64,000 nucleotides of DNA from Bacteroidota bacterium (GTDB lineage Bacteria; Bacteroidota; Ignavibacteria; Kapaibacteriales; UBA2268). The translations under genes and the position numbers were made by a program. The first letter of the stretch is position 1. Every line of letters starts with the position of its first letter. The notes under the pieces are model-generated. The model worked only from the letters and a program-made list of their open reading frames with translations, was not told where the DNA came from and made no database searches. Positions 18,498-30,214 of the stretch are shown here, one piece after another. The DNA lies in contig JAKIZO010000004.1 in NCBI GenBank assembly GCA_022707965.1, forward strand, positions 7,157 to 71,156. The letters are read 5' to 3'.

Positions 18498-21400
18498 CTA
18501 CTTTTCAGCAAATTCACTTGCACCGTGACATTTTTTATATTTTTTGCCGCTACCGCACGGGCAGGGGTCGTTTCTACCTACTTTCACCTGTGTATTTCTA
18601 ATTGTTTTTGTTGTAGATGCTTCCGGTGCTTGTTGTGCTTGTGGAGCACCCATAATAAATGAAGGAACAGTTGACGAATGCTCATATTGCATATTTCTCT
18701 GTGAATATGTAGTATTTCTAAATGTTGGAGCGGCTTTGCGTCTATCTTCCTCGCCTGAACGAACAATTTGAGGAAAGTATCTGAATGCAAATTGAATAAA
18801 TGATTTATTGATATCCTTTACTAATTCCAGAAACATATCGTGTGCTTCGTGCTTATATTCAAGCAATGGGTCTTTCTGACCATAAGAACGCAAATGAATA
18901 CCTTCTTTCAAATCATCCATACTTCTCAAATGGTCTCGCCATTTTTCGTCAATTGTTTGCAATATAGCAACTTGTTCTAATCGTGCCATAAATTCACTGC
19001 CAAGCATTTCTTCCTTTTTGCTATAAAATTCCTGAGCAATAGATTTTGCACGTCGAACAAACTCATCAAGTTTCATTTTTTCAAATTCTTCTTCGCTCAT
19101 CGGAATATCGCAAAGAAGAGTTGTGCGCAAAGAATTACGCAGTCCTTTTACATCTTTATTCGGATGATGAGTTTCATACAAATCGATAAGGTAGTCTTCA
19201 ACATACTCGAATATTTCGCCTTTTAGTCTATCACCTCTGAGTGCAGCACGTCTCCTTGAATAAATTACCTCTCTTTGATGATTCATTACATCGTCATATT
19301 CAATTAAACGTTTTCTAATGGCAAAATTGTTCTCTTCAACCTTTTTCTGAGCATTTTCCACTGCCTTGGTAATCATTGGGTGCTGAATTGGCTCGCCTTC
19401 GGGTATTTTAATTTTCGACATCACGCTTGCAATTCTATCGCTCTGGAATAATCTCATCAAATTATCTTCGAGAGAAATAAAGAATTGCGAGCTTCCGGGA
19501 TCACCCTGACGTCCTGCACGTCCTCGAAGCTGCCTGTCGATACGTCGAGCATCGTGTCGCTCCGAACCGATAATTGCTAAACCGCCATTTTTCTTTACAT
19601 CGTGGTCAAGCTTAATATCGGTTCCGCGTCCTGCCATATTCGTTGCAATTGTAACTGCACCTTTTCTCCCTGCTAAAGCCACGATTTCAGCTTCTCGCGC
19701 GTGGTGTTTTGCATTCAACACATTATGTTTAATTCCTTGCCGGGTAAACATTTTGGAAAGAATTTCTGATACTTCAACCGAAGTTGTCCCAACAAGAACA
19801 GCGCGACCTTCTTGAAGAATTTTCTTTGTTTCTTCTAATATTGCATTATATTTTTCGCGTTTTGTTCTATATACTAAATCATCGTGGTCAATTCTGATTA
19901 CTGGCTTATTTGTTGGAATAACAACAACTTCGAGATTATATATTTTTTCAAATTCAGCGGCTTCGGTTTCAGCTGTTCCAGTCATTCCCGCTAATTTTTT
20001 ATAAAGACGGAAATAGTTTTGTAGTGTGATTGTTGCAAGAGTTTGAGTGTCCCTTTCAACTTTTACTCTTTCCTTTGCTTCAATTGCTTGATGAAGCCCA
20101 TCTGAATAACGGCGTCCTTCTAAAATTCTACCGGTAAACTCATCTACAATCAACACCTTGCCGTCCTGAACTACATACTCAACGTCTTTTTCATATAGAG
20201 AGTAAGCTCTGAGCAGTTGAGAAATTGTGTGAATTCTATCGCTTCTTTCAGCAAAAAGATAGTATGTTTGGTCAATTTTTTGTTGCTTTTCTTCTGGCGA
20301 CAACGTATCATCTCCTTCAATTGCACTCAGTTCCGCTGCAATATCGGGGATTACAAACATATCAGGATCTTCTTGACTCTGGCATAGAAGCTGACGCCCT
20401 TTTTCAGTAATATCGATTTGGTGATTTTTTTCATCAATAGTGTAGTAAAGTTCTTCGTCAATCTCAGGCATTCGAGCACCTTTATCACGAAGGAAGAAGA
20501 GCTCAGTTTCCTGACGTAATTTTAAATTTTCTGCATCTTGCATCAATTTTAATAATTTCTTATGCTTCGGTAGCCCTCTGTGTGCTCGGAATAACAATAC
20601 ACCTGCGGCATCTCTATCTTCTTTTTTGCCTGTTGCGAGCAGTCGTTCTGCTTCTGCAACAATCTCGTTTACTAATTTATTCTGCGCTTCGACAAGTCGC
20701 TTCACTCTTGGGTTCATTTCCTCGAATTTTTGGTCAGCAGATGGAACTGGTCCGGAAATAATCAGTGGTGTTCTCGCTTCGTCTATCAATACAGAATCGA
20801 CCTCGTCCACAATTGCATACCAATGTGGTCTCTGAACAATGTGTTCGGGATCGACCACCATATTATCGCGCAAATAATCGAACCCAAACTCATTATTAGT
20901 GCCATAAGTAATATCACAATTGTAAATTCGTTTTCTTTCGGAAGGCTCCATATTTGATTGAATTGCATCTACTGTAAGTCCCAAAAATTCATAAACAGGT
21001 CTCATCCATTCGCAATCGCGTTTGGCGAGATAATCATTTACTGTAACAAGATGAGCCCCTTTCCCCGCAAGTGCATTAAGATAAAGTGGCATAATAGCAA
21101 CAAGAGTTTTCCCCTCGCCCGTTGCCATTTCAGCGATTTTGCCCTGATGCAATACAATCCCACCGATTAACTGAACATCATAAGGCACCATATCCCAGAT
21201 ATAGTGCTGCCCAGCATAGGTATATGCGTATCTTTGGTCAGCAAGTCGTTTGCAAGCTTGTTTAACTACTGCATAAGCTTGCGGAAGTAATTCATCTAAT
21301 TTTTCTTCGATTCTTTCAAAAATTTCTCTATCAAGCTTTTTTATCCTGTCATTAATTTCAATTACGTCATCGGCAGTTAATTCGGCAGATTTCAACTGAT

Positions 21401-21620
21401 TTTCGAGTTCGTGCTTTTGATTTTCTAAATCAGATATTGCAGAATTAATAATTTCTTTAAATTCAAGTGTTTTTGCTTTAATTTGTTCGTCAGTTAAACT
21501 ATGAAATTCTTCATAATACCGATTGATTTCTTTGACAATTGGCATTATTTCTTTAATGTCTTTGTCGCTTTTGCTTCCAAATATTTTTTTTAATTTGCCA
21601 AGCATTTTCTTTAATTCCAA
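18498..21620 (-). CDS. secA: preprotein translocase ATPase SecA
   Basis: 1040 aa. DEAD-like motor ([11 protein letters not shown], Walker [21 protein letters not shown]) and a C-terminal zinc-binding [14 protein letters not shown]. The true start may be the internal [11 protein letters not shown] (21605). Confidence 0.95.
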   Translation of the reverse strand: MELKKMLGKLKKIFGSKSDKDIKEIMPIVKEINRYYEEFHSLTDEQIKAKTLEFKEIINSAISDLENQKHELENQLKSAELTADDVIEINDRIKKLDREIFERIEEKLDELLPQAYAVVKQACKRLADQRYAYTYAGQHYIWDMVPYDVQLIGGIVLHQGKIAEMATGEGKTLVAIMPLYLNALAGKGAHLVTVNDYLAKRDCEWMRPVYEFLGLTVDAIQSNMEPSERKRIYNCDITYGTNNEFGFDYLRDNMVVDPEHIVQRPHWYAIVDEVDSVLIDEARTPLIISGPVPSADQKFEEMNPRVKRLVEAQNKLVNEIVAEAERLLATGKKEDRDAAGVLLFRAHRGLPKHKKLLKLMQDAENLKLRQETELFFLRDKGARMPEIDEELYYTIDEKNHQIDITEKGRQLLCQSQEDPDMFVIPDIAAELSAIEGDDTLSPEEKQQKIDQTYYLFAERSDRIHTISQLLRAYSLYEKDVEYVVQDGKVLIVDEFTGRILEGRRYSDGLHQAIEAKERVKVERDTQTLATITLQNYFRLYKKLAGMTGTAETEAAEFEKIYNLEVVVIPTNKPVIRIDHDDLVYRTKREKYNAILEETKKILQEGRAVLVGTTSVEVSEILSKMFTRQGIKHNVLNAKHHAREAEIVALAGRKGAVTIATNMAGRGTDIKLDHDVKKNGGLAIIGSERHDARRIDRQLRGRAGRQGDPGSSQFFISLEDNLMRLFQSDRIASVMSKIKIPEGEPIQHPMITKAVENAQKKVEENNFAIRKRLIEYDDVMNHQREVIYSRRRAALRGDRLKGEIFEYVEDYLIDLYETHHPNKDVKGLRNSLRTTLLCDIPMSEEEFEKMKLDEFVRRAKSIAQEFYSKKEEMLGSEFMARLEQVAILQTIDEKWRDHLRSMDDLKEGIHLRSYGQKDPLLEYKHEAHDMFLELVKDINKSFIQFAFRYFPQIVRSGEEDRRKAAPTFRNTTYSQRNMQYEHSSTVPSFIMGAPQAQQAPEASTTKTIRNTQVKVGRNDPCPCGSGKKYKKCHGASEFAEK

Positions 21621-21802
21621 TAATAAACAACTTATTTAAAACGAATGATAGCACATTATCATTTATTTATAGAAACAAAATTAACAGTTTTTTATTAAAT
21701 ACTACTATAAAGTTTGTAAAAAAAACATAAAAGTATTATTTTACTAAAACTTTCGGCATAATTATTGATTATGTTGATAATTAATAAGTATTTGAGGTTG
21801 AA

Positions 21803-24238
21803 ATGAACAATGCTTTAAATAGGCTACAATTTGAAAATGATTTACCTTATGGTTTTTCAAATAAAAAAGCAACTGGCGTAATGCCAAATCCATTGCCCGA
21901 AAGAGTGTTTTTGAATTTGGGTTGTGGTAAAGATATTAGAGATGGTTTCATAAATATAGATTTGTTCAGCGACGACCCACGTGTTGTCTACGGAGATGTC
22001 CGCAAACTTGACTTACCGGATAATTCAGCCGATTTAATATTAGCAAGTGATATTTTAGAACATTTTTCGCACAGAGAAACTCAAAGCATTCTCAATGAAT
22101 GGGCAAGGGTTCTGAAGCCGGGCGGCGAGCTGATTATTCGTTGTCCTTCTTTAAGGTTGCAAGTAAATGCTTATGTCAATGGTATTTGGAATGCTGATGT
22201 TGCTTCCTATATGATTTTCGGCGGACAAACTAATCCGGGTGATTATCATTGCGTTGCTTTCGACGAACAATCGATAAAAGATAAGTTACATAAAGCTGGA
22301 TTAATTGTTACGGAATTTTACGAAGAAGACACACCACAGGACAGAGGATTTATTAATTTAAATATGACTGTTCGTGCAATTAAGAAGAAAATCGACCAGG
22401 AATTGTTTGAAAGTACACCACTTCCAGAAGTAATTGCTCAGGAGGAACAGCAAGGAAGCACCCAAAACGAAGATTTCTTTGATATTGATGATTTATTGAG
22501 TTTATCTGATGATTTAACTACGTCTGAAAATGATACCCAAAATGAAATAATTGCTAATGAAAAGGAAATTGAAACGAATAAACCACAATTAAACATTGTT
22601 TGGGAAGGTTCACAATTTGTATATCATTCTCTTGCTTTAATTAATCGTGAGCATTGCTTGAATATCATTGAAACCGAAGCTGCAAATCTTACCATTGTTC
22701 CTTATGAACCTGATGCTTTTTCGCCTGACTTATTCCCAAAATATAAAAAGTTGAAAGAAAACGACATTCGATACAAACAAGATGTTCCTGATGATGTTGC
22801 TCGGCTACCATACGTCTGGATTCGTCATCAATGGCCACCCAAAGCAGAACCACCCAAAGGTGCAAAATGGATTATAATGCAACCCTGGGAATATATCAAT
22901 TCAGGTATTGATTTTGATAAAGTCCAGGTTATTCCTAATGGTATCGACCCCGTTTTATTCAAACCTTTTGGAGAAAAATATCCACTTAATACCAACAAAC
23001 GATTGAAATTTCTTTATCTTGGTGGCACAATTTATCGAAAAGGCTTTGATATTTTGTTATCTGCATATATGCAGACCTTCACTGCTAATGATGATGTGTG
23101 TTTGGTAGTGAAAGATATGGGAGGCGATAGTTTCTATCGTGGTCAAACTGCAAAAGATATGATATTGAGAGCGAAACAAAATCCAAATGCACCGGAAATC
23201 ATCTACATTGATGATTCAATGAGTGAGGAAGAAATTGCATCTCTCTACCGTGCTTGTGATGTATTTGTTAGTCCTTATCGGGGTGAAGGATTTTCCTTGC
23301 CAACTCTTGAAGCTATGGCGTGTGGTTTGCCCGTAGTAGTTACCCGTGGAGGTGCAACCGATGACTTTACAGATGAAAAATGCGCCTGGTATTTACCTGC
23401 TGAAAAAATTAATATTGGTAAAACACTTGATGGTAAACTATTTACAAATGAAGCATATTTACTCGAACCCGACCGCGACTATCTTGCTGCAACTCTTAAA
23501 TATATTTTTGCTAATCCAACAGAAGTATATTCTGCGGGATTGATTGCTTCTTCGAAAGCAAGAAAATTCTGGACCTGGCGGAATTCCACCATTAAACTTC
23601 TTTCCAGAATTGATTACTTGCAGGGAACTAATTTAGCGCAAATTGCAGAGAAAAAATTGCCAGTTTTTGCCGATGACTACATCATTCTTGGTTTTGCTGA
23701 GAATGAATTTATTTCGGGTAATTACGAGAATGCTATTGGGCTTTTCTCTTCATTAATTGAAGAAACTCCTCTGCTTGATGATTTTAGCAAAACTCATATT
23801 CTTAATCGTATGGCACAATACCATTTGTTAAATGGAAATTTCGATGAATCTGAGAGAATAATAAATACCATCAAACAATACTATCGTCCAAATTTAGATA
23901 CAGACTATCTATTTGCTAAAATATTAAAAGCAAAAAATAGAAATGACGAAGCATTTGAACTGCTGACACAAATTTTTGATAGGTGGACTGAAGAAAAATT
24001 TAACTGCACGCTTGGAGAAAAACTTGATGACATTTTAACTTTTTGCGGGGAAATCTCACTTGAAGAAGACGATTTAGAAGGTGCGCATCAATATTTCTCA
24101 GCGGCATTGAAATTAAATCCAGAAAATGCTCGTGCCTGCCTTGGCGCTGGTAAGTGCTTCGAAAGAATTGGTCACTACGAATCCGCAAAAACTATGTTCG
24201 AATGGGCAAAAAAACTCGATAAAAGCTACAAAGATTAA
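21803..24238 (+). CDS. tri-domain protein: class I SAM-dependent methyltransferase, acidic linker, GT4-type glycosyltransferase, then C-terminal TPR repeats
   Basis: 811 aa. Methyltransferase motif I LNLGCGKD plus VLKPGGELII. A D/E-rich linker (~aa 200-260). Glycosyltransferase C-terminal Rossmann signature EGFSLPTLEAMACGLPVVVTRGG. A TPR-like helical region occupies the last ~190 aa. Confidence 0.7.
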   Translation: MNNALNRLQFENDLPYGFSNKKATGVMPNPLPERVFLNLGCGKDIRDGFINIDLFSDDPRVVYGDVRKLDLPDNSADLILASDILEHFSHRETQSILNEWARVLKPGGELIIRCPSLRLQVNAYVNGIWNADVASYMIFGGQTNPGDYHCVAFDEQSIKDKLHKAGLIVTEFYEEDTPQDRGFINLNMTVRAIKKKIDQELFESTPLPEVIAQEEQQGSTQNEDFFDIDDLLSLSDDLTTSENDTQNEIIANEKEIETNKPQLNIVWEGSQFVYHSLALINREHCLNIIETEAANLTIVPYEPDAFSPDLFPKYKKLKENDIRYKQDVPDDVARLPYVWIRHQWPPKAEPPKGAKWIIMQPWEYINSGIDFDKVQVIPNGIDPVLFKPFGEKYPLNTNKRLKFLYLGGTIYRKGFDILLSAYMQTFTANDDVCLVVKDMGGDSFYRGQTAKDMILRAKQNPNAPEIIYIDDSMSEEEIASLYRACDVFVSPYRGEGFSLPTLEAMACGLPVVVTRGGATDDFTDEKCAWYLPAEKINIGKTLDGKLFTNEAYLLEPDRDYLAATLKYIFANPTEVYSAGLIASSKARKFWTWRNSTIKLLSRIDYLQGTNLAQIAEKKLPVFADDYIILGFAENEFISGNYENAIGLFSSLIEETPLLDDFSKTHILNRMAQYHLLNGNFDESERIINTIKQYYRPNLDTDYLFAKILKAKNRNDEAFELLTQIFDRWTEEKFNCTLGEKLDDILTFCGEISLEEDDLEGAHQYFSAALKLNPENARACLGAGKCFERIGHYESAKTMFEWAKKLDKSYKD

Positions 24239-24241
24239 AAT

Positions 24242-25291
24242 ATGGAACGTCGTCAGTTCGTTAAATCAATTAGTACTTTTGGAGTATTTGCGTTAGTTCA
24301 GAACGATTATAATACTGCTCTACAAAGACTTTCAGACTCACCTTTGATAAAGCCAAAGTGTCTTAAACCTGGTGACAAAGTGGCTGTTGTTGCACCCGCT
24401 ACGAATGTTTCCGACCCTGATGATATTCGTAAAGCAAAAGAAATATGCAATCATTATAAATTGCAAGCAGTTTTTAGTAATTCGCTATTCGATGGCTCGG
24501 GATATAGAACAAAAGCAAGAAAAGAAAGAGCTAACGAACTTAATAGTTTTTTTGAAGATAAAAGTATTAATGGTATTCTTTGTATTCGTGGTGGATATGG
24601 TTCTCCTGAAATATTAGATTTACTTGATTACGAACTCATAAGAAACAACCCAAAAGTATTTGCAGGTTATAGCGATATTACTGCTATTCACCTTGCAATT
24701 CAAAAATTTTCACGTTTAGTTACTTTTCATTCACCTGTTTTGCTTTCTTCTTTTAGTGATTTTACAGCATCTTCCTTCGAAAAATCGATATTTAATAATT
24801 CAACAATAGGAGTTTTACAAAATCCTGCTCAAAAAATTGGTATCCGCCAGCAATTTCCTGTTAGAACGATTAAAAGCGGTATAGCGAAAGGAAAATTAAC
24901 AGGTGGGAATTTATCAATCATTTCTTCTTTGATGGGCACTCCATTTGAAATAGATACAAAAGACAAGATTTTATTTCTGGAAGATGTTGCAGAAGAACCG
25001 TTCAGAATTGATAGAATGCTAAATCAATTGCGACTTGCTGGAAAATTTAACCAAGTAAAAGGCATAGTTTTTGGCTTTTGCAGTGACTGCACAATGAAGA
25101 GTTCTCCACCTACCTGGGATTTACAACTTGGAGATGTGCTGGACAAATATTTTTCATCTATTTCTATTCCTTCCTTTTATGGATTAATGTTTGGGCATAC
25201 AAACGAACAACTTACGCTTCCATATTCAATCGAAGCAATCCTTGATGCTGACGCAGGAACATTATTAATTAGTGAATCAGCAACAATTTAG
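24242..25291 (+). CDS. LD-carboxypeptidase (peptidase S66, LdcA/MccF-like) with a twin-arginine (Tat) signal peptide
   Basis: 349 aa. ERRQFVKSISTFGVFAL fits the (S/T)RRxFLK Tat motif. S66 nucleophile motif FAGYSDITAIH, plus catalytic Glu and His regions. It starts 4 nt after the upstream gene. Confidence 0.8.
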   Translation: MERRQFVKSISTFGVFALVQNDYNTALQRLSDSPLIKPKCLKPGDKVAVVAPATNVSDPDDIRKAKEICNHYKLQAVFSNSLFDGSGYRTKARKERANELNSFFEDKSINGILCIRGGYGSPEILDLLDYELIRNNPKVFAGYSDITAIHLAIQKFSRLVTFHSPVLLSSFSDFTASSFEKSIFNNSTIGVLQNPAQKIGIRQQFPVRTIKSGIAKGKLTGGNLSIISSLMGTPFEIDTKDKILFLEDVAEEPFRIDRMLNQLRLAGKFNQVKGIVFGFCSDCTMKSSPPTWDLQLGDVLDKYFSSISIPSFYGLMFGHTNEQLTLPYSIEAILDADAGTLLISESATI

Positions 25292-25375
25292 CCCTGTAAA
25301 CCTAACAATTTGTTCATCAAAAATTAACATTCAACAACTATTTTTGAAAATTGTTAAGCTTTATTGACGTGATTT

Positions 25376-27148
25376 ATGAAAATTAAAATGTCTCTTTTTG
25401 GCAAGATGATTCTTCTTAGTGGGTTCATTGAAGTAATAATGTTGATTATCGTTATTTTCTCGATGTATGCTCTTTATCTAAATGAACGCAATTATAGGTA
25501 TTTACTTCTTGAATCGCTAATTATTGAATCCAGCAACAAAAGGCTTGAACTTTTGGTAAGACGTGACACAAATTTCAAATCGTTATTCTTGCATAACAAA
25601 ACTGTAGTTTTAGATAACTTAAATAAATATTATGAAGTTTCGAAAAAAATACCTGCAAATGAACATAAAATTACATTGGATAGTTTAAAAAATCTATACA
25701 GTATGTATTTCAAAAAATATACTGTTTTGCTTGAAGAATTTGGTTTAGATAAAAATACGGGAGTAGAAGGAGAATTCCGAAGCAAAATTCATCAAATCGA
25801 AAGCTTTTTGAAATCTATTAACAATTATTACTTGCTTGCTCTTACACTGGAAGCTCGCCGAAGAGAAAAAGATTATATTATGAGAAAACGCGATGAATAT
25901 GTTACAAAAGTGCATTCAACTGTTGATAAAATAAAGAACGACCTAAAATATCTAAACCTTTCTGATAGTGATAAAGTAAAAATGAAAACTTTAATTGACA
26001 ATTATTTAATCGCTTTTAATGATTTTGTAAGAATTTCGAAAGAAATTAAAAATTATGAAAGCAAAATGAATGAAATTGAATATCAAATGAAAAAAATAAT
26101 TAACGTTCAAGTTGAGAAATCAAAAGAGGAAGCCGAAAGTTATCATTCATTTATTGTCCCATTTTTCATTATTTCAATATTATTCAGCTTGGTGATGTCA
26201 ATACTTATTTCAAGAAGTATTACAAATCCAATTGTCAGACTAAAACACGCAACTATTAAGCTTGCAAGCGGTGATTATCGCATCAAAGTGAAAGTTGAAT
26301 CGGAAGATGAGATTGGGGACCTTGCCAATTTCTTCAACAAAATGGTGGATAATATTTCCAGTGCTAATGAAACAATTATTGAGCAGCAAAAAATTCTTCA
26401 TCAGCAAAATTTAGAACTCAAAGAGAGCAATATTACAAAAGACAAATTCTTTTCTATAATTGCGCACGATTTAAAAAATCCCGTTAGTGCATTTATGGGA
26501 GTGTCGACTTTCCTTTCCCAAACATTTCACGAACTATCAAAAGAAGAACTGAAAGAATTTTTAGATGATGTCAATAATTCCGCCAAGCAATTATACGAGC
26601 TACTTGAAAATTTGCTTATGTGGTCACGCTGCGAGCGTGGACTTATTCAATACCAGCCAGCAGTTTATGAACTACGGCAATTTATCATCAGCAATATTAA
26701 TTTGATTAAAATAAATGCTGATAATAAAAACATCTCGATTAATTACGACTTGGATGAAGACTATAAAGTCTTCGCTGATGCTAATATGTTGAATACTATC
26801 ATAAGAAACCTGTGTACTAACGCAATTAAATTTACTTATGAAGGTGGCTCTATTAATATTGTTTGTCGAAAAGAAGATGATAATTTCTGCCGAATTAGCG
26901 TATCCGACAATGGTGTAGGAATTCCCAAAGAAAATCTTGATAAATTATTTAGTTTACAAAGCAGCATCTCTACAACAGGAACAAAACAAGAGAGCGGAAC
27001 AGGTTTGGGGTTGATTTTGTGTCGTGAGTTCGTCGAGAGACATAATGGGAGGATATGGGTCGAAAGCACTGTAAATATTGGCACTACTTTTCATTTTACC
27101 ATTCCACTGCACATAGAAAATTTTACATCAGGAGAACAAAATGGTTGA
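25376..27148 (+). CDS. membrane sensor histidine kinase (TM, ~220-aa extracytoplasmic domain, TM, HAMP, HisKA, HATPase_c)
   Basis: 590 aa. HAMP (IVRLKHATIKLASGDYRIKV...EIGDLANFFNKM), H-box FFSIIAHDLKNPVS, N-box and G-boxes (DNGVGIP, GTGLGL). Confidence 0.8.
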   Translation: MKIKMSLFGKMILLSGFIEVIMLIIVIFSMYALYLNERNYRYLLLESLIIESSNKRLELLVRRDTNFKSLFLHNKTVVLDNLNKYYEVSKKIPANEHKITLDSLKNLYSMYFKKYTVLLEEFGLDKNTGVEGEFRSKIHQIESFLKSINNYYLLALTLEARRREKDYIMRKRDEYVTKVHSTVDKIKNDLKYLNLSDSDKVKMKTLIDNYLIAFNDFVRISKEIKNYESKMNEIEYQMKKIINVQVEKSKEEAESYHSFIVPFFIISILFSLVMSILISRSITNPIVRLKHATIKLASGDYRIKVKVESEDEIGDLANFFNKMVDNISSANETIIEQQKILHQQNLELKESNITKDKFFSIIAHDLKNPVSAFMGVSTFLSQTFHELSKEELKEFLDDVNNSAKQLYELLENLLMWSRCERGLIQYQPAVYELRQFIISNINLIKINADNKNISINYDLDEDYKVFADANMLNTIIRNLCTNAIKFTYEGGSINIVCRKEDDNFCRISVSDNGVGIPKENLDKLFSLQSSISTTGTKQESGTGLGLILCREFVERHNGRIWVESTVNIGTTFHFTIPLHIENFTSGEQNG

Positions 27149-28265
27149 AAATCAAATACTTGCCTCAATTAATTTCGACGACTTTAAAGATTTTATTTTT
27201 AATTACTCCACCGATATTTTTTGGATATTGGACGAGAATTTCCAAACAACATTTATTAGTAACTCGATTGAAAATTTTACTGGTTACTCTGTTGGTGAAT
27301 ACCTAAATCTCTCATTAGAACAAAAATTTTCAGAAAATTCTGTCAATAAGTTGCTTGAACTTTTTAAAAGTTTCAAATATGTAGATGATTTTAAGGATAT
27401 TATTTTAGAATATAAAACAAAGAATGGATTTACCAAGCACGCCAGTGTAAGCGGTATTGTTGTAAAGGATGATTACGGGCAGGTAAAAAGTGTTTACGGC
27501 ATCAGTGTCGATTTAGAAGAAAAAATCCTCCTTGAAAAAAACTTAATCTTTGAAAAGCAGAAAAACGAAGAAGCTCAAAAATTCAAATCTATTATCTTGG
27601 ATTTAATTGGGCACGAATTTCGCACTCCATTGATTGGAATATTAGGTTTTATCAAAATCTTAATAAACAACACTAAAAATGAAGACGAAAAAGAAATTTT
27701 AAATTACATATATCAGTCATCTCAAAGATTGAACTCTTCCCTGAATTCGGTTATCACTCTTGCTGCAATTGAAAGCGGGCAAATGGAAATTAACTTCAAA
27801 AGTATTGATTTAATGGAATTGATTTACAATATTTATAACTCTTTTGAACCAATTGTTAAAGAGAAAAATATAACCTTCGATATTAATCTTAAAAACTATT
27901 CATCTAAAATAATATTCGATGAAAATTGCTTGTATCTTATTTTATCGAACTTAATCGATAACGCGATAAAATTTACTGATAAGGGTAGAATTTTCCTCGA
28001 TTGTGGAATAATCAAAAAAGAGGATGGCAAACAAATGCTTATTATTACTATTCAAGATACAGGCATTGGAATGGATTCAAGCAAATTCGATATCATTTTT
28101 GAACCATTCAGGCAAATTAGCGAAGGTCATAAACGAATTTATGAGGGTTTGGGACTGGGGCTCACTGTAACAAGAAAGCTGGTTGAAAAATTCAATGGTT
28201 CAATTCAAGTAGAAAGCAAAATAAACGAAGGTTCTATCTTTACGGTGTTGCTACCGTTGCCATAA
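27141..28265 (+). CDS. cytoplasmic PAS-domain sensor histidine kinase
   Basis: 374 aa. PAS (FWILDENFQTTFISNSIENFTGYS), H-box LIGHEFRTPLIGILGF and HATPase (DTGIGMD, GLGLGLTV). It overlaps the previous kinase by 8 nt. No receiver gene is adjacent. Confidence 0.8.
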   Translation: MVENQILASINFDDFKDFIFNYSTDIFWILDENFQTTFISNSIENFTGYSVGEYLNLSLEQKFSENSVNKLLELFKSFKYVDDFKDIILEYKTKNGFTKHASVSGIVVKDDYGQVKSVYGISVDLEEKILLEKNLIFEKQKNEEAQKFKSIILDLIGHEFRTPLIGILGFIKILINNTKNEDEKEILNYIYQSSQRLNSSLNSVITLAAIESGQMEINFKSIDLMELIYNIYNSFEPIVKEKNITFDINLKNYSSKIIFDENCLYLILSNLIDNAIKFTDKGRIFLDCGIIKKEDGKQMLIITIQDTGIGMDSSKFDIIFEPFRQISEGHKRIYEGLGLGLTVTRKLVEKFNGSIQVESKINEGSIFTVLLPLP

Positions 28266-28331
28266 TTCATTTCATAAAAATACCAACTTTTATTAATTTA
28301 CCTTATATTTTTTCAACAAAATGGAGAAAGT

Positions 28332-30194
28332 ATGAGGTATATTATTTTTTGCATCATCACACTAATTTTAGGTGTTAATATGTTGTCAGCTCAATCATTA
28401 CCTTCACGAGAAGAAATCCCTGATAAATACAAATGGGATTTAACTCATATCTACAAAACTGATGCAGATTGGGAAAGTGATTTTCAGGCTTTGTCGAAAG
28501 ATATTTCAATTATTTCAAAGCACAAAGGAAAAGTTACGAAGTCTGCAAAAAACTTATTGGACGCTTTTAATGATTATTATTCGTTAGAGAAACGACTGAT
28601 GAAACTATATTTTTATAGTTCGATGGCAAGAGACCTTGATATTACAAACGGCAAATATCAAACAATGTTTCAAAAAACACAGGAATTGTATAGCAATTTT
28701 GCTGCTGCTTCTTCATTCCTAATGCCCGAAGTTATGGAAGCTAACGAAGAAACTATCAGACAATATATTAAACAAGAAAAAGGTTTGCAAACTTATTCCC
28801 AAACCCTCGATAATATGCTTAGAATGAAAAAGCATACATTATCCGCAAAAGAAGAAGAGCTTTTGGCAAAACTTTCTCCAATAATGAGTATTCCAAACGA
28901 AACTTATGGAATTTTGAACGATGCCGAATTGCCTTTTCCTTCTGTAAAAGATTCAAAAGGTAACGATATTCAAATCTCGCACGGAAGATTCCGCTCTGCT
29001 TTGTATTCCAACGACAGAGACTATCGCAAACGCATTTACAAAGCATATTATGAGCCATATCGTCAATTGATTGGTACTTTTGCTTCATTATACAATGGTC
29101 GTCTGAAAACAAGAAAAATTAATGCTGAAATTAGAAACTTTTCTTCACCGCTTGAAGCAGCTTTATTCGATGATAACGTTCCTGTTGCTGTCTATGAAAA
29201 TCTAATCAAAGCTACACACGATAATATTAAGCTCTTGCACCGTTGGGGTGAAATAAAGAAAAAAGTTATGAAAATTGACGAACTTCATCCTTACGATACT
29301 TATGCTTCGTTATTTCCATCGCTCACAAAAGAATACACTTTTGATGAAGCAAAAGAAATTATCCTGAAAGCTCTCGCTCCATTAGGCGAAGAGTATCAGA
29401 AAGTTCTAAAAATGAGCTTCGATAACCGCTGGATTGATGTTTATGAAACAAAAGGTAAGCGCAGCGGAGCATATTCAAATGGTTGTGGTTGCGGTGTCCA
29501 CCCTTACATTTTACTTAACTGGAATAATACATTAGATGATGTATTTACATTAGCCCACGAATTGGGACACAATATGCATTCGTATTTTACAGAGCTCAAA
29601 CAACCATATCATTACGCAAATTACTCGATTTTTGTTGCTGAAGTTGCTTCGACTACAAATGAAGCACTTCTTCTTGATTATCTTTTAGAAAATGCTAAAA
29701 CGAAAGAAGAGAAAGCTGCTCTTATTGAAAAATTCTTGCTTAATATTCAACAAACATTTTTTAGACAAACTCAATTTGCAGAATTCGAGAAAATTACTCA
29801 CGAAAGAGCTCTCAAAGGCGAGATAATGACTGCCGATGATTTATCCAAACTATTCGGTGATTTATATCAGCAATACTGGGGACCCTCGATGGTAACCGAC
29901 GAAGAAGAATACATTTCTTGGGCAAGAATACACCATCTTACCAAATATAATTTCTATGTATTCCAGTATGCCACTGGATTTGCAGCAGCACAGGCTTTTG
30001 CTGAAAATATTAAAAAGCAAGGGAAACCTGCTATTGATAAATATCTCGAATTTCTATCCTCGGGTAGCTCTTTGTATGGAATTGACGTTTTGAAACGTGC
30101 AGGTGTCGATATGACAACCCCAGAACCTGTAAACAAAACATTGGAGAAAATGAAGAAATATCTTGATGAGCTCGAAACACTTCTTAATAGTTAA
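28332..30194 (+). CDS. pepF: oligoendopeptidase F (M3B metallopeptidase), secreted
   Basis: 620 aa. Signal peptide, then the zinc motif HELGHNMH with a downstream Glu ligand. Confidence 0.85.
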   Translation: MRYIIFCIITLILGVNMLSAQSLPSREEIPDKYKWDLTHIYKTDADWESDFQALSKDISIISKHKGKVTKSAKNLLDAFNDYYSLEKRLMKLYFYSSMARDLDITNGKYQTMFQKTQELYSNFAAASSFLMPEVMEANEETIRQYIKQEKGLQTYSQTLDNMLRMKKHTLSAKEEELLAKLSPIMSIPNETYGILNDAELPFPSVKDSKGNDIQISHGRFRSALYSNDRDYRKRIYKAYYEPYRQLIGTFASLYNGRLKTRKINAEIRNFSSPLEAALFDDNVPVAVYENLIKATHDNIKLLHRWGEIKKKVMKIDELHPYDTYASLFPSLTKEYTFDEAKEIILKALAPLGEEYQKVLKMSFDNRWIDVYETKGKRSGAYSNGCGCGVHPYILLNWNNTLDDVFTLAHELGHNMHSYFTELKQPYHYANYSIFVAEVASTTNEALLLDYLLENAKTKEEKAALIEKFLLNIQQTFFRQTQFAEFEKITHERALKGEIMTADDLSKLFGDLYQQYWGPSMVTDEEEYISWARIHHLTKYNFYVFQYATGFAAAQAFAENIKKQGKPAIDKYLEFLSSGSSLYGIDVLKRAGVDMTTPEPVNKTLEKMKKYLDELETLLNS

Positions 30195-30214
30195 AATAAA
30201 TATTCCTGATTTTC

